Below are positions 1-10,202 of a stretch of 64,000 bases of DNA, in pieces. A program made the translations under genes and the position numbers. The stretch is taken from positions 62,152 through 126,151 of the forward strand of contig JBHLOC010000006.1 in the NCBI GenBank assembly GCA_048940925.1. The letters are read 5' to 3'. The notes under the pieces are model-generated. The model was not told the DNA's origin, did no database searches, and saw only the letters and a program-made list of their open reading frames with translations. The DNA is from Promethearchaeota archaeon (GTDB taxonomy: Archaea; Asgardarchaeota; Lokiarchaeia; Sigyniarchaeales; SOKP01). The number at the start of each line of letters is the position of its first letter. Within the stretch, counting starts at the first letter, position 1.

Positions 1-311
1 AGACAGGACTCGGTTTCGGTGGCATAGGATTTATAACCATTTTAGTTCCATTAAGTGCAGTATTATTATTACTCGCAGGATTAAAAAATAAAAAGACAAA
101 TACTCACAATTTAGATATCTTGGGATTGATTGGAGGAGTAACTCTTATATTTGTAGCGATCTGGCGTTTTATTGCCGTTATCAGTTATAGGATAACAGTT
201 ATCGATATCCCGATATATGTTATTCTTATTGCGGGAGTACTAGGAATGTTAGTAGGATTAATAGGTTTTAAGGAAAAATCCTTTAAGGTGGAAGTGCTAC
301 AATCGGATTAA
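1..311 (+). CDS. Membrane protein, 3' part (runs off window start)
   Basis: Frame open from position 3 (TGLGFGGIGFITILVPLSAVLLLLAG...) to TAA at 311; about three hydrophobic helices; T-tract follows. Confidence 0.7.
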   Translation, partial: TGLGFGGIGFITILVPLSAVLLLLAGLKNKKTNTHNLDILGLIGGVTLIFVAIWRFIAVISYRITVIDIPIYVILIAGVLGMLVGLIGFKEKSFKVEVLQSD

Positions 312-716
312 TTTTTTTCTTGTAGGGTATTAAGACCATCATAGTAATCTATCTAATATCTTTTTTTCTTTTTCTTATCATACTCAAACTAAGACTAGTT
401 TGAATTGGAAAATAAGGCTATAAACACCCACCATCTCCCAGAAAGCCTTTTCTCCCTTATAAAATTAAAAAAAATCACTATGATTGAATCATTTCCTGAA
501 AAATAGCTTGGATATCATCTTATGTTTATTCAACTTAAGTTCATTGTCAAGATTATCAGATCCATAAAAAAAGGGGTCACTAATCTTAATTATGAATGAG
601 TGTGACCTGCATAGCATTGGAACTTCAAAATATTTTAAGTAGTGTAAATTTAGAAACGCGCAATGAAGAACTACTTTATTATTGCCCAAAATAATTTTTT
701 CGATGATTATTAGATG

Positions 717-1553
717 TTATTCTTCTCTAAAGTTTGGAATATCCTTTTGATAGAATATTTGAGCAATCCAATCCCTATAATGGATAAATTTTCCAGTTCC
801 TTTGAAGTTTACTAATGGTTGATGCATTCTGTCAAATTTAACATAATTAGAAAAGACAGGGGTAAGGTTATTACAGTCTTCACAAAAGGGTATAATTACT
901 GATTCTACTCCTTTTATTATAGTTTCCGACTGTCCTGGTGCTGTAGCACCGTCTGATTCTGTAAACCTATGGCTAAATTTGGTTGCTAATAAATTTTTTC
1001 TTGAACCGCATCTTAAACACTTTAATAATTTCATTTTTTCAATTGAGTCATAATCAATACGTAAAAAGAAATCTGATGCTTTTCTAATTGCTCTAATTAA
1101 TCGTTCATATTCACTCCTTAATTCATTATTCTGAGAATCAAGATTAATCGCCTCTCCATAATATTTTAACGCTTTTTCCATTTCTCCTCTTTTTATACAT
1201 AAAATTCCTACTTCCTGAAGTGCATCTGGTGCATTAGGATTATATCTTAACCCTTTTTCAATATTTTTAATTGCTTTATTGACTTTTCCTTGTTCAGCAT
1301 TATTCATCCCTATGATATAATATTTTTCAAATTTTTCCATGTTAACTTTTTTCCGTATTTTCTTTGAATAAATTTTAAAATAATAATATACCAATGAAGG
1401 CACAAGGATAATTGAAATAATAACTATCCAAGCTATTGCGGGACCTAAATTGTTCCATATAACCCAAATTATCCCCAATATAACAGTAAAAATCACAATT
1501 CCCCCACAGGTAATTAAGCTTTGCTCTAAAGGTGTACGGTATTTCTTTGGCAT
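717..1553 (-). CDS. Membrane-anchored TPR protein with a Zn-finger-like C-terminal region
   Basis: Two N-terminal TM segments; TPR-like repeats (KAIKNIEKGLRYNPNAPDALQEVG; KALKYYGEAINLDSQN); CLRC...CEDC. Confidence 0.7.
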   Translation of the reverse strand: MPKKYRTPLEQSLITCGGIVIFTVILGIIWVIWNNLGPAIAWIVIISIILVPSLVYYYFKIYSKKIRKKVNMEKFEKYYIIGMNNAEQGKVNKAIKNIEKGLRYNPNAPDALQEVGILCIKRGEMEKALKYYGEAINLDSQNNELRSEYERLIRAIRKASDFFLRIDYDSIEKMKLLKCLRCGSRKNLLATKFSHRFTESDGATAPGQSETIIKGVESVIIPFCEDCNNLTPVFSNYVKFDRMHQPLVNFKGTGKFIHYRDWIAQIFYQKDIPNFREE

Positions 1554-1720
1554 TTCTTAATTTATTACCTCTAAAATTATTGTCTACTATATTAAATTCT
1601 GTTTTTAAATATTAAAATATTATTAAAATAATGAGCCTTTTATATTTCCCTTAACATTAAGAGAAATTAAGTTATAGTAAATTAAATAGATCTTATATTA
1701 GTAGCTTTGATTTTTGAGTT

Positions 1721-2617
1721 TTAAAGTTTATTTATTAATTTTTTACCACATTTTTCACATATATATAAGTTCTTATCTTGAATATGATTACATTTATTAC
1801 AAACAGTTTCAGGATTTTGTGAAAATAAATCTCTTATCTTTAAAAAAAGTTGTTCTCTTTTTCTTGTAAAATCATTAAAAGTTTCATTTTTATCTTGCTT
1901 TGGTAAAAGGGAGAATTTAATTTTGCATATTTTATGTAAGGTAATTGTACCCTCTTTTTCAATATAATCATAATTCATCATAAATGTAAGGTTATTATTC
2001 TGTATTATATTATATGGAACCGTTAAGGGTATAAAATGAAGATAGGAGCAATATGCATCCTTAAATCCAGATTTGTCGTAAAATTGTTTAATCGCAGAAT
2101 GGAAGGCATCTTTTCTTTTAAAAATTCCATGTGCTAAACCATAGGCCACTCCACTCATTAAAGCTCCTGCTACAGTACCATATGGAGACATTTCACTTAA
2201 GCCATGCGCTCCACGATAACTTTCTTTTCGCTTCCAAGTTACGATAAGTATTCTAATATTAGTAATAAAAATATGACCATCAATGTGCATCTTAAGTTTT
2301 GGTAGGTTAAGAGTCCCAGGAAAATCAAGAATTATTTCCTCTTCTTTCTCTTTATGTATGAAGATTCTATTAACAACATTTTTTTCTATTTTCAAAATTT
2401 CTTTTCCTGGAAATTTCTTTAAAAGATTTGATATTAAGATAGGATAAAGTCCATACCAAAAATAATCTGGAGATTGACTTGAAGTAACTATATATAAAAG
2501 TTCACATTTTTTTATTGAATTAGAAGCATAGAAACGAGTGAATTCATCAATAAATTCTTTTACCCATTTTTTTTTGATCCTTTTCCCAATCACATCATAG
2601 CTCATGATAAATTTCAC
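1721..2617 (-). CDS. Hypothetical protein with C-terminal zinc ribbon
   Basis: 298-aa ORF ending CNKC-x10-CEKC. Confidence 0.65.
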   Translation of the reverse strand: MKFIMSYDVIGKRIKKKWVKEFIDEFTRFYASNSIKKCELLYIVTSSQSPDYFWYGLYPILISNLLKKFPGKEILKIEKNVVNRIFIHKEKEEEIILDFPGTLNLPKLKMHIDGHIFITNIRILIVTWKRKESYRGAHGLSEMSPYGTVAGALMSGVAYGLAHGIFKRKDAFHSAIKQFYDKSGFKDAYCSYLHFIPLTVPYNIIQNNNLTFMMNYDYIEKEGTITLHKICKIKFSLLPKQDKNETFNDFTRKREQLFLKIRDLFSQNPETVCNKCNHIQDKNLYICEKCGKKLINKL

Positions 2618-2731
2618 ATTTGCTTTATTTTAAAATTAAGATAAGTAAATTTTTATTAATTTCAATGATTTCTGCACTATTTGAATTAAATGATATTAAT
2701 ATTCTAATTTTAGATTTTTTCTTTATAGTAA

Positions 2732-3108
2732 TCAATTTTTAAATTTCTGAACACCTTTATTTAATATTATGGTTGATCCTATTAATAATCCCTCAAATTG
2801 TGGTACCGGATAATATTTTAATAATAAAAATTTATCATTATATTCACCTTCAACATAAAAGTTTTCAGAAGGTGCCACTGCTATACCTAAACCAGTATCA
2901 TATTGTTAACTACCATAAGTTTCTAACCATTTAAGAATTCCTTGATTATTATAAACCAATGTTAAAATATCAATAGATCCTGTATTAGCTGAATAATCTA
3001 TTCCTGTAATATATATATTTCCCGAGAATCCAAATCAATTCCTCGTCCCCATTCAGAATCCCCATCTCCATATTGTTTTTCCCATCGAGTCCTGTTATTA
3101 GTAGGCAT
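2732..3108 (-). pseudogene. Degraded beta-propeller (SBBP-like) repeat protein fragment
   Basis: Manual translation: RWEKQYGDGDSEWGRGIDLDS / frameshift near 3022 / GNIYITGIDYS...DILTLVYNNQGILKWLETYGS*QYDTGLGIAVAPSENFYVEG. In-frame TAA at 2906-2908. Confidence 0.6.
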
Positions 3109-3471
3109 TTATGAATTAAACTTATTCCTGTTCTTGCATTACCTAAAAGAAAAAGTTTTCTTTTACTAAATTTTCTTTTATACTTTTCAAGTGTAAATTT
3201 ACCTTGTTCTGTCATTAAATCTCCCTCTCTATAGAATTCTTTCTGTTGTAATCTATTAATCATTTGTTATAAGTATAATGACTTCAGCTATCTAGATAAT
3301 TATAAAAAATTTAATTTAGAATTGTTTATCCTTTTTAATATTAAGAAGTTCTTGAAATAAGATAGACTTCTTTTTGATAAAAAAATTATATTTCATTAAG
3401 CAAGATAACTTATAATCTCTTGATTCATTATTAATTAAAAAAAACAGAATTTACAATTAAGGGTTTTACTT

Positions 3472-4881
3472 TTGAGCGATTTAGAAGGATTAACTAGGAG
3501 GTTAATGGAAAAAGGTTCTACAAAGGATGAAATTATTGTACGGCTTGTTAATGAATATATGGATTTTAAAGACATTGATAAGGAGTCTGCAATCTCACTT
3601 TCTGAAGCAATTTATGAAGAATGTCGGAATAGCGACATAAAATTAGTGAGTGATCCCTTTATGAGATATTTATTAGATATTAATAAGGCAAATGTGACCA
3701 TTGGAAAACAAGGAGTGGGTTGTAGGGGATCTGGTGATTTTTTCGTTCATAAGCTCATTGCAAAATTATCTGAAACCGAGAAAAGGGCATATTTATCGCC
3801 AAGCTCCTTAGATGATGCTGGTGCTGTGAGAATAAGTGATATTGAAGGATTTAAAGCTGAAGATGAATTAATCATTGTATCCAAAATGGAAGGAATTCAT
3901 AGTCGCCTAAGTGACTTTCCATTCTTGTGTGGTTTTCACGTAAATTCGCGTAATAAGTTTGCGTGAAGCGTATCGAGAGCCGCACTAAGAGATCTCTATG
4001 TTAAAGGTGCAAAGCCTATTTCAATTATGATTGATACGCATCTAGGAGATGATGCAGATGTAGGGAAACTTTTTGATTTTATGGCAGGTGTTTCTGCAAT
4101 TTCAGAACTAGCGAAAGTTCCAATTACAGCAGGTTCAACACTTCGAATTGGAGGAGATATGGTTATTGGAAACCGCTTAGTTGGAGGAATTAGTGCTGTT
4201 GGAATATGTTCTCGAGTTTTAGCAAGGAAGAATATTAAAGTTGGCGATAAAATTTTAATGACAGAGGGATCGGGTGGAGGGACAATAACGACAACAGCAA
4301 TATATTCAGGTAATCATCATATAGTAAAGGAGACTATGAATATCAAATTTCTTGAAGCTTGTGAAATTATCTTAAATTCTGAATATCTTAATGAGATTCG
4401 TGCTATGTGCGATGTTACAAATGGTGGTCTTAGAGGAGATTTATATGAAATTAATTATGAAGCTAATTGTGGTGTTAATATTTTTGAAGAAAAAGTAAGA
4501 GCACTTGTAAATCCAAATGTTCTAAATATGCTAGAAAAGGTTGGAGTTGATTATCTAGGAGTTTCTTTGGATGCATTATTAATATATTGTTCTGACTCTA
4601 TATCTCAAGAAATTATAAATGATTTAAGAAGAAATAATATTAAGTGTGATGAAATAGGTTCTGTAGATGATTCAAATCAAGTTTATATTAGTTATCAAGG
4701 TAAGGAAAAAAAACAAATCCTTCCAAAATTCAGAGAATCTGCATATACTAAGATAAAACAAGAGATTGGAGAGAAAACCCCCAAGTCTCTTGAAGTAATG
4801 GAAAAAAGTGTTGAGAAAGCAGCTATGGAAGCGTTAGAGAAGCGTAATAAGATAATAGAATATATTTTGAAGCAAGAATAA
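3472..4881 (+). CDS. AIR synthase-related (PurM/HypE/SelD superfamily) protein, archaeal type; exons 3472-3943 and 3974-4881; 459 aa if spliced
   Basis: ORFs 3472-3966 and 4027-4881 share one frame, separated only by TGA 3964-3966. Superfamily motifs span the break: GVGCRGSGD, DDAG, EGIHSRLSDFPF, RAALRDLYVKGAKP, DVTNGGL. Confidence 0.88.
3944..3973 (+). other. Predicted 30-nt BHB (tRNA-type) intron in mRNA
   Basis: Outer helix 3927-3937/3975-3985; 4-bp central helix ACGU 3938-3941/GCGU 3968-3971; 3-nt bulges AAA 3942-3944 and AUC 3972-3974; inner helix 3945-3953/3959-3967. Contains the in-frame UGA. Confidence 0.88.
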
Positions 4882-4978
4882 AATCCAGATTTATTAAAAC
4901 TTACTTATTAGTCTTTACAGACAAATTATGAATTAAGATTATAAGTTTAAAAATTGTAATTTCCTACCTATATTCTAT

Positions 4979-5779
4979 ATGAATGAAACCAAATATTTTC
5001 TTTATAATCTTAATAATGTGGGAATTCAATGGTATTTAAGCAGTAATAAGAATATAGATGACAAAGCTTATTCTCCTCACTTACAACTTAGATGCTCAAA
5101 TTATGTAGATCCTTGGGAGGATAAATCTTCTCATTACCACTCAAAATCACAAGAAATCTTCATTTTGTTAGATGGAGAATTATGGATGATGCTTGATGGT
5201 GAACCATATACTATACTTAGAAATAATCTTTTACTTGTTCAACCGGGAGTTCCTCATATGATTATTGGGGGAAGAACAAAAATTCGACATTTTGTACTTA
5301 AAGTTCCACATCAAGAAGATAAATGGATTCAGCACAATGAAAATATTAATTATGATACTATAAAAGTTAAAATGGCAGAGAATCATTATAAAAGCGATAT
5401 TGATGGATTAAAAGGTTTTTTTGCAGATTTAAATGATAAAAAATTTCAGAATAATTGGTTACTTGGATATGGAGAAGCAATTTATAAAACTAAACACCTC
5501 TGTTTAGCTTATATGGATTTGAAGTGTGAACAAGTTTATAACGAAATGAATCATATTGAAACCTATCATTTTCATGAAGAGTCTACAGAATGGTATTTTA
5601 CGATAAAAGGACAACAGAAATTTTTAATAGATAATAAAGAGATATCTGTTGATCCAGGGTATCTATTAAGAATGCCTGAAAAAACACCTCATTTATTATT
5701 ATCCTATTCATACCCATTTGAAGGGATTACCTTAAGAACACCAGCAATACCTAACGATAAGATAATATTAAATAAATAA
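4979..5779 (+). CDS. Bicupin (two cupin domains)
   Basis: HYHSKSQE...PGVPH and HFHEESTE...PEKTPH metal-binding motifs. Confidence 0.85.
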   Translation: MNETKYFLYNLNNVGIQWYLSSNKNIDDKAYSPHLQLRCSNYVDPWEDKSSHYHSKSQEIFILLDGELWMMLDGEPYTILRNNLLLVQPGVPHMIIGGRTKIRHFVLKVPHQEDKWIQHNENINYDTIKVKMAENHYKSDIDGLKGFFADLNDKKFQNNWLLGYGEAIYKTKHLCLAYMDLKCEQVYNEMNHIETYHFHEESTEWYFTIKGQQKFLIDNKEISVDPGYLLRMPEKTPHLLLSYSYPFEGITLRTPAIPNDKIILNK

Positions 5780-5833
5780 GGCAAGTATTTGATTTAAGAG
5801 TCTGAAATTAAATCTAATTTTACGGTTTTATTT

Positions 5834-6667
5834 TTATTTTTTATTGTTTAAATCCAAAACTTCATTCATAGAACCTGATCTGAATCCCTCAACATCGATT
5901 GTTATATATGTAAATCCAATTTCTTTCAGTTGGTTTTTTATTAATTTTAAATTTTCTACATTTAGAATTTTAGGTAAATCTTCAGGCATAAATTCGATAC
6001 GAGCAAGAGTTTCTTCATGTAATCTTACTCTTAACTGATCCAAATCAAATTTACTTTTAAGAAATTTTTCAGATTCCCTAATCATATATAATTTCTTTTC
6101 ATTAATAATTTGACCATAGGGAATCCGAGATGAAAAGCAAGCCATTGACGGTTTTGATTGAACATCTAAATCAAAATATTTGCTAATTTCTCTTATTTCT
6201 TTCTTATTAAGATTGCAATCGATAAAAGGAGTAGAGATATTTAATTCTTTTAAAGCTTGCATACCAGGTCTGTAATCCGAAAGATCATCAATATTAGAGC
6301 CATCTAAAATTGTATCAAAATTTTTTAACTTCTTAATTTGAAGAATCTCATCATATAAACCAGTTTTACAAATATAACATCGATTTTGAGGGTTACACCT
6401 AAAATCCTCATTTCTTAAAGGATCCCTATCAATTATCATATGAGGGATGTTATAAATTTCAGCGAATTGATGTGCTTCTTCAATTTCTTCTTCAGGATAA
6501 AGGTTTGAACGCTCAGTCACTAGTAACGTCTCTTTAGCATACTTTTTTGAAAGGAAAGCTAATAGAGAGCTGTCTACACCTCCTGAGAAGGCAACTATTA
6601 CTTTTTTGCTGTCTAAAAAAGAAATTAAACTTGCTAACTTTTTTTCAAGAATATCAGATAAATCCAT
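5834..6667 (-). CDS. larE: LarE-family ATP-dependent sulfur transferase
   Basis: PP-loop AFSGGVDS, NRCYICK, DYRPG, ACFSSRIPYG, GFRSGSMN. Confidence 0.9.
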   Translation of the reverse strand: MDLSDILEKKLASLISFLDSKKVIVAFSGGVDSSLLAFLSKKYAKETLLVTERSNLYPEEEIEEAHQFAEIYNIPHMIIDRDPLRNEDFRCNPQNRCYICKTGLYDEILQIKKLKNFDTILDGSNIDDLSDYRPGMQALKELNISTPFIDCNLNKKEIREISKYFDLDVQSKPSMACFSSRIPYGQIINEKKLYMIRESEKFLKSKFDLDQLRVRLHEETLARIEFMPEDLPKILNVENLKLIKNQLKEIGFTYITIDVEGFRSGSMNEVLDLNNKK

Positions 6668-6975
6668 AACTATTTCACTAATAATTAAGAATAATATCTA
6701 ATATAATGAAAACTAAGTTTATAATTTAATATTTTTAAAAGATAAGGAAATTTTCAAAAAAAGATAAATAATTAGGTCACATTAAGAATTATCAATTATT
6801 ACTTCCCCTTATTTTAATAAATCATTATATATACAAAAAACAAATAGGCTTTCAAGTTCGGATTATATTAGTTCTGATTATAAACTAAAATTATTATGGC
6901 TTTATACTTAAGAAAAAAGTATTTCTCGACATTTTTGTAATAAATCTTTTATATTAAAAAATAATAAGAAATCAC

Positions 6976-7119
6976 ATGGAAAAAAAGAAAATAATTATAC
7001 TCAGTGTTGGTGCAATAATAATATTTGTTGTTCTTTTGCTTTTTGTTATTTTGCCCTTTGCGGGTGTTCCTGTTATACCTGGTACTGACTATGGTGGATG
7101 GCGCCCCCAGGGTAATTAG
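6976..7119 (+). CDS. 47-aa single-TM micro-protein (missed by ORF track)
   Basis: MEKKKIIILSVGAIIIFVVLLLFVILPFAGVPVIPGTDYGGWRPQGN*; a paralog about 290 nt downstream conserves the frame, with several synonymous changes. Confidence 0.65.
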   Translation: MEKKKIIILSVGAIIIFVVLLLFVILPFAGVPVIPGTDYGGWRPQGN

Positions 7120-7267
7120 GGGATAATGATGTTAGATGATAAAAGAACTTTTATATATTCAAGGAAATTAACCATCTAAAAATATTGAGCTTGAAATCAA
7201 GAAAAGATATTAATCTACATTTCAGTATTATCATTTTATAAGTATAAAAGAATTGGGACTATTATAA

Positions 7268-7423
7268 AAAAAAAAGAAAATAATAACAATTAGTGTTGCT
7301 GTAATAATCTTATTTGTTATTCTTTTACTCTTTGTTATTTTGCCCTTTGCGGGTGTTCCCGTTATACCTGGGACTGATTATGGTGAACCCACGAGAATTT
7401 CTAGATATCGTTGTGTTCCGTAA
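7268..7423 (+). pseudogene. Second copy of the micro-protein, lacking a start codon
   Basis: KKKKIITISVAVIILFVILLLFVILPFAGVPVIPGTDYGEPTRISRYRCVP*; the ATGG of copy 1 is replaced by an A10 run with in-frame TAA at 7265-7267. Confidence 0.55.
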
Positions 7424-7540
7424 TGTAAGCTAATAGATTGTAAAATTTAAGCACCTTAATACATAGCAAACTTATCCAAAGTTGCAATGCTTAGTTCAGA
7501 TTATCATTTAAGATAGTAATAAATAAAAAAAATTATTTTG

Positions 7541-8320
7541 CTACCATTTAAAGTTTGGATTAAAAAAGAGAAGTGTGTTTAACTTTTGCAACGTAATAAA
7601 TACTAAAACATAATACCAGCCAAGAGAAGAAAACATCATTATCCATTCAAGAAATTGTCTTGTTAAAGGTGCTGGAGCGATTAAAAACATTATAGTTGCT
7701 GTCGATGGACCTATTATCATAAAGTATCCAATAGTTTTAGGGAAAATTCTTCTTCTCAGTACTATTGCTAGTCCAGTGAAAAAAGCACCAAATGCGAACC
7801 CACCAAATGCTGAGGTAGAAAAATAATAATGGATATCGAAAGGGGAACGATCTAAACTAAAAACTCCTACAAAAAACATTCCTATAACTCCAAAAAAAAG
7901 ACAAACCACTCCAATATATCCAAATATTCTCCTAAACAAAACTGTGTAATGTTCTTTCTTTGAATTATCTAATCTAAGATTTTGATGTGAGCTATATAAT
8001 CGGCTTAAATTCAAAATTAAAGGGATTATGAAAATTGCTGACAAAATACATGTCACATCCAAGATAAAGGGAGCTGGTGTATATCTAGTTGATCCTAAAT
8101 CACTTATCCAATTATACCATAAGCTATACTCCATAGGTCCATAAATTTTAGCTATTATGAGTCCAAAGATTAATCCTGGCAAAAACGTCAGCAAGGTTAT
8201 ATAAATACTAATTTTAACTACTTTTGGCTCAGTAAGTTTATTATAAATATATTTACTATTTTTTTTCATTTTTAAAAAAATTGGATTGAAAAATTCCAAA
8301 TATAAATTTCTTTCCTTCAT
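7541..8320 (-). CDS. DUF998-like membrane protein
   Basis: NWISDLG motif, GVFS...IH, about five TMs, late EW motif; true start may be 8269. Confidence 0.75.
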   Translation of the reverse strand: MKERNLYLEFFNPIFLKMKKNSKYIYNKLTEPKVVKISIYITLLTFLPGLIFGLIIAKIYGPMEYSLWYNWISDLGSTRYTPAPFILDVTCILSAIFIIPLILNLSRLYSSHQNLRLDNSKKEHYTVLFRRIFGYIGVVCLFFGVIGMFFVGVFSLDRSPFDIHYYFSTSAFGGFAFGAFFTGLAIVLRRRIFPKTIGYFMIIGPSTATIMFLIAPAPLTRQFLEWIMMFSSLGWYYVLVFITLQKLNTLLFFNPNFKW

Positions 8321-8571
8321 TTTTTTTTTACCCTTATTATTATTTAATTATAAATTCACTCATATTAAATTTTCTCATATCTGAAATTTAATCCAGATAA
8401 CACTTAACCCAACTTCTTTAAGAATTTTATAAATTATATCTATTTATTTATTTTGATTTCAAAAAATTAAATTCTAAATAAATAAAAATAATAATTTCCT
8501 TCTATAATTCTTGAGGATAATTTATTGGAATCCGAATTATTTAATTTTTTTGATTAGATAAAAAAAGAAAA

Positions 8572-9210
8572 ATGACTAGAAGGGTAAAAGAAATTTTAAC
8601 AAAGTGGCCTTTATCGTGTATAATTGGATTTTTACTTGTTATCTTATCTTGGGCTTCAATGTCGATTGCAATCATATTAGCTCCGCGTACTTTCAATCCC
8701 TTTAAAAATTATATGAGTAGTTTAGGTAACTCTTCATTTAATCCTGATGGAGCTTTTTTTTATAATGTCTCAGTAATAGTTTCTGGATTTTTGTTTACAC
8801 TTTTTTTTCTAGGATTATCTATGTGGTATACTGATATAATAATAGATAAAAATATACTAAGAATGACTCAAATGTTTGGTTGCTTATTAGCTTTTACAAT
8901 AATATTAACAGGAATTTTTTCTGAAGATTTTAAGCCACAGCATATATTCTGGTCAATTATAGCGGGGATTTTAGGTTTTGTTGTTAATGTTCTTTTAGCA
9001 ATATTTTTAATTAGACAAAAAGAAGCTATAAGAAAAATATCTTATTCTATATTGATATTAATAGGATTTTATGTGATATTTTTATTTATATTAAGTCCTA
9101 CTCACGTTTTAACTGAATGGATTGTAAGAACTTTGGGAGATATAAATTTGATCTTAATTACATACAATCTTAAGAAAATATATTCAATTAGAATATACTT
9201 ATTTTCTTAA
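8572..9210 (+). CDS. DUF998-like membrane protein
   Basis: NYMSSLG, GIFSEDFKPQH, EW motif, about five TMs. Confidence 0.75.
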   Translation: MTRRVKEILTKWPLSCIIGFLLVILSWASMSIAIILAPRTFNPFKNYMSSLGNSSFNPDGAFFYNVSVIVSGFLFTLFFLGLSMWYTDIIIDKNILRMTQMFGCLLAFTIILTGIFSEDFKPQHIFWSIIAGILGFVVNVLLAIFLIRQKEAIRKISYSILILIGFYVIFLFILSPTHVLTEWIVRTLGDINLILITYNLKKIYSIRIYLFS

Positions 9211-9240
9211 AATCCCTTTTTTCAAAATTAGACGTTTTTA

Positions 9241-9906
9241 TTAAATGATTGATTCTAATTTTAAATGTCTATCCTTTCCTGATAGACGGTATAATTTAGT
9301 AGACATTATAAATATCCAAGAAAGAGGAACAAAAAGCCCTAATCGTTGTATAAGGCCATTGACTAAAGAAATTTCAACCAAAAGTGCAATTGGAGTATAT
9401 ATAATTAAAAAGATCCCAATTTGCAAAAAGAAGAGCCACCAATAGTTTTGCCAATTATAGTCTTTCCATAATGGATATAAAGAAAGAAGAATTGCTGAAG
9501 GCATGGCAATCGAAGGAAATTTAATTAGTGAATTATGACTTATACCTGTAAATGTTATGTTTCTACAACCTGCATCACATGGAAACATTGAAAGTGCAAA
9601 AATACATATACCAGATAGTATAAAGAGAACCATACTTATTGTTATTAATGGATGCTTTTTAACACCTAGATAAAGACCAAATCCAAAAAAAATTAAATAA
9701 AGACCGAATACATTAAAACCAAAAATGTCCATAATCAAATTGTACGGTGCTTCTGAAGTGGCTAGCTCACTGATAAATTGACTCATAGGATTATACCCAG
9801 GATAAAGAGATCCTAAGACTGTAAATACTATTAAATTAATTACAGGACCGACGATTCCAAAAATAGCTGATGTTCTCTGAAGTCGATTCATATGAATTAT
9901 ATCCAT
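9241..9906 (-). CDS. DUF998 membrane protein
   Basis: YPGYNPMSQFISELA, FPCD...H, GLIQR. Confidence 0.8.
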   Translation of the reverse strand: MDIIHMNRLQRTSAIFGIVGPVINLIVFTVLGSLYPGYNPMSQFISELATSEAPYNLIMDIFGFNVFGLYLIFFGFGLYLGVKKHPLITISMVLFILSGICIFALSMFPCDAGCRNITFTGISHNSLIKFPSIAMPSAILLSLYPLWKDYNWQNYWWLFFLQIGIFLIIYTPIALLVEISLVNGLIQRLGLFVPLSWIFIMSTKLYRLSGKDRHLKLESII

Positions 9907-10202
9907 ATCCCCTAACCTATTAACTTAAGATAGCATTTTAAAGAATAAATATTTTCCTAATTCATTAAGTTATAAGAAAAAGTGATATTTTAATTGATTT
10001 TGGAAAAGGAAAACTTTATATACATAAAAAATTGTTTTAGTTCGCAACTTTTTTCTGCTTTCTGTTTCTTTTTTTGAAAAAGATACTGCATAACAAATAC
10101 AAAGATTTAAATACTATATGTGATATAGTATCCATAGAACAATATATATTAAATACAACATAATTATAAAATTTAAAAAAAAGTGGAAAAAGTTGAAAAA
10201 AT

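Noticed and set aside
2985-3263. 92-aa ORF from the track
   Set aside because: Off-frame shadow of the propeller pseudogene with no recognisable motifs.
3964-3966. Selenocysteine read-through of the in-frame UGA (Lokiarchaeia are known Sec users)
   Set aside because: The UGA sits within an apparent 10-codon insertion in the inner stem of a complete BHB, not at a catalytic Cys-like position. Splicing explains both insertion and stop, and I recognised no SECIS.
4027-4881. Independent 284-aa gene
   Set aside because: Conserved coding sequence (RAALRDLYVKGAKP) continues upstream of its ATG; it is exon 2 of the gene starting at 3472.
6976-7423. CRISPR or other repeat array
   Set aside because: Only two long copies with codon-structured divergence; no repeat-spacer periodicity here or elsewhere in the window.
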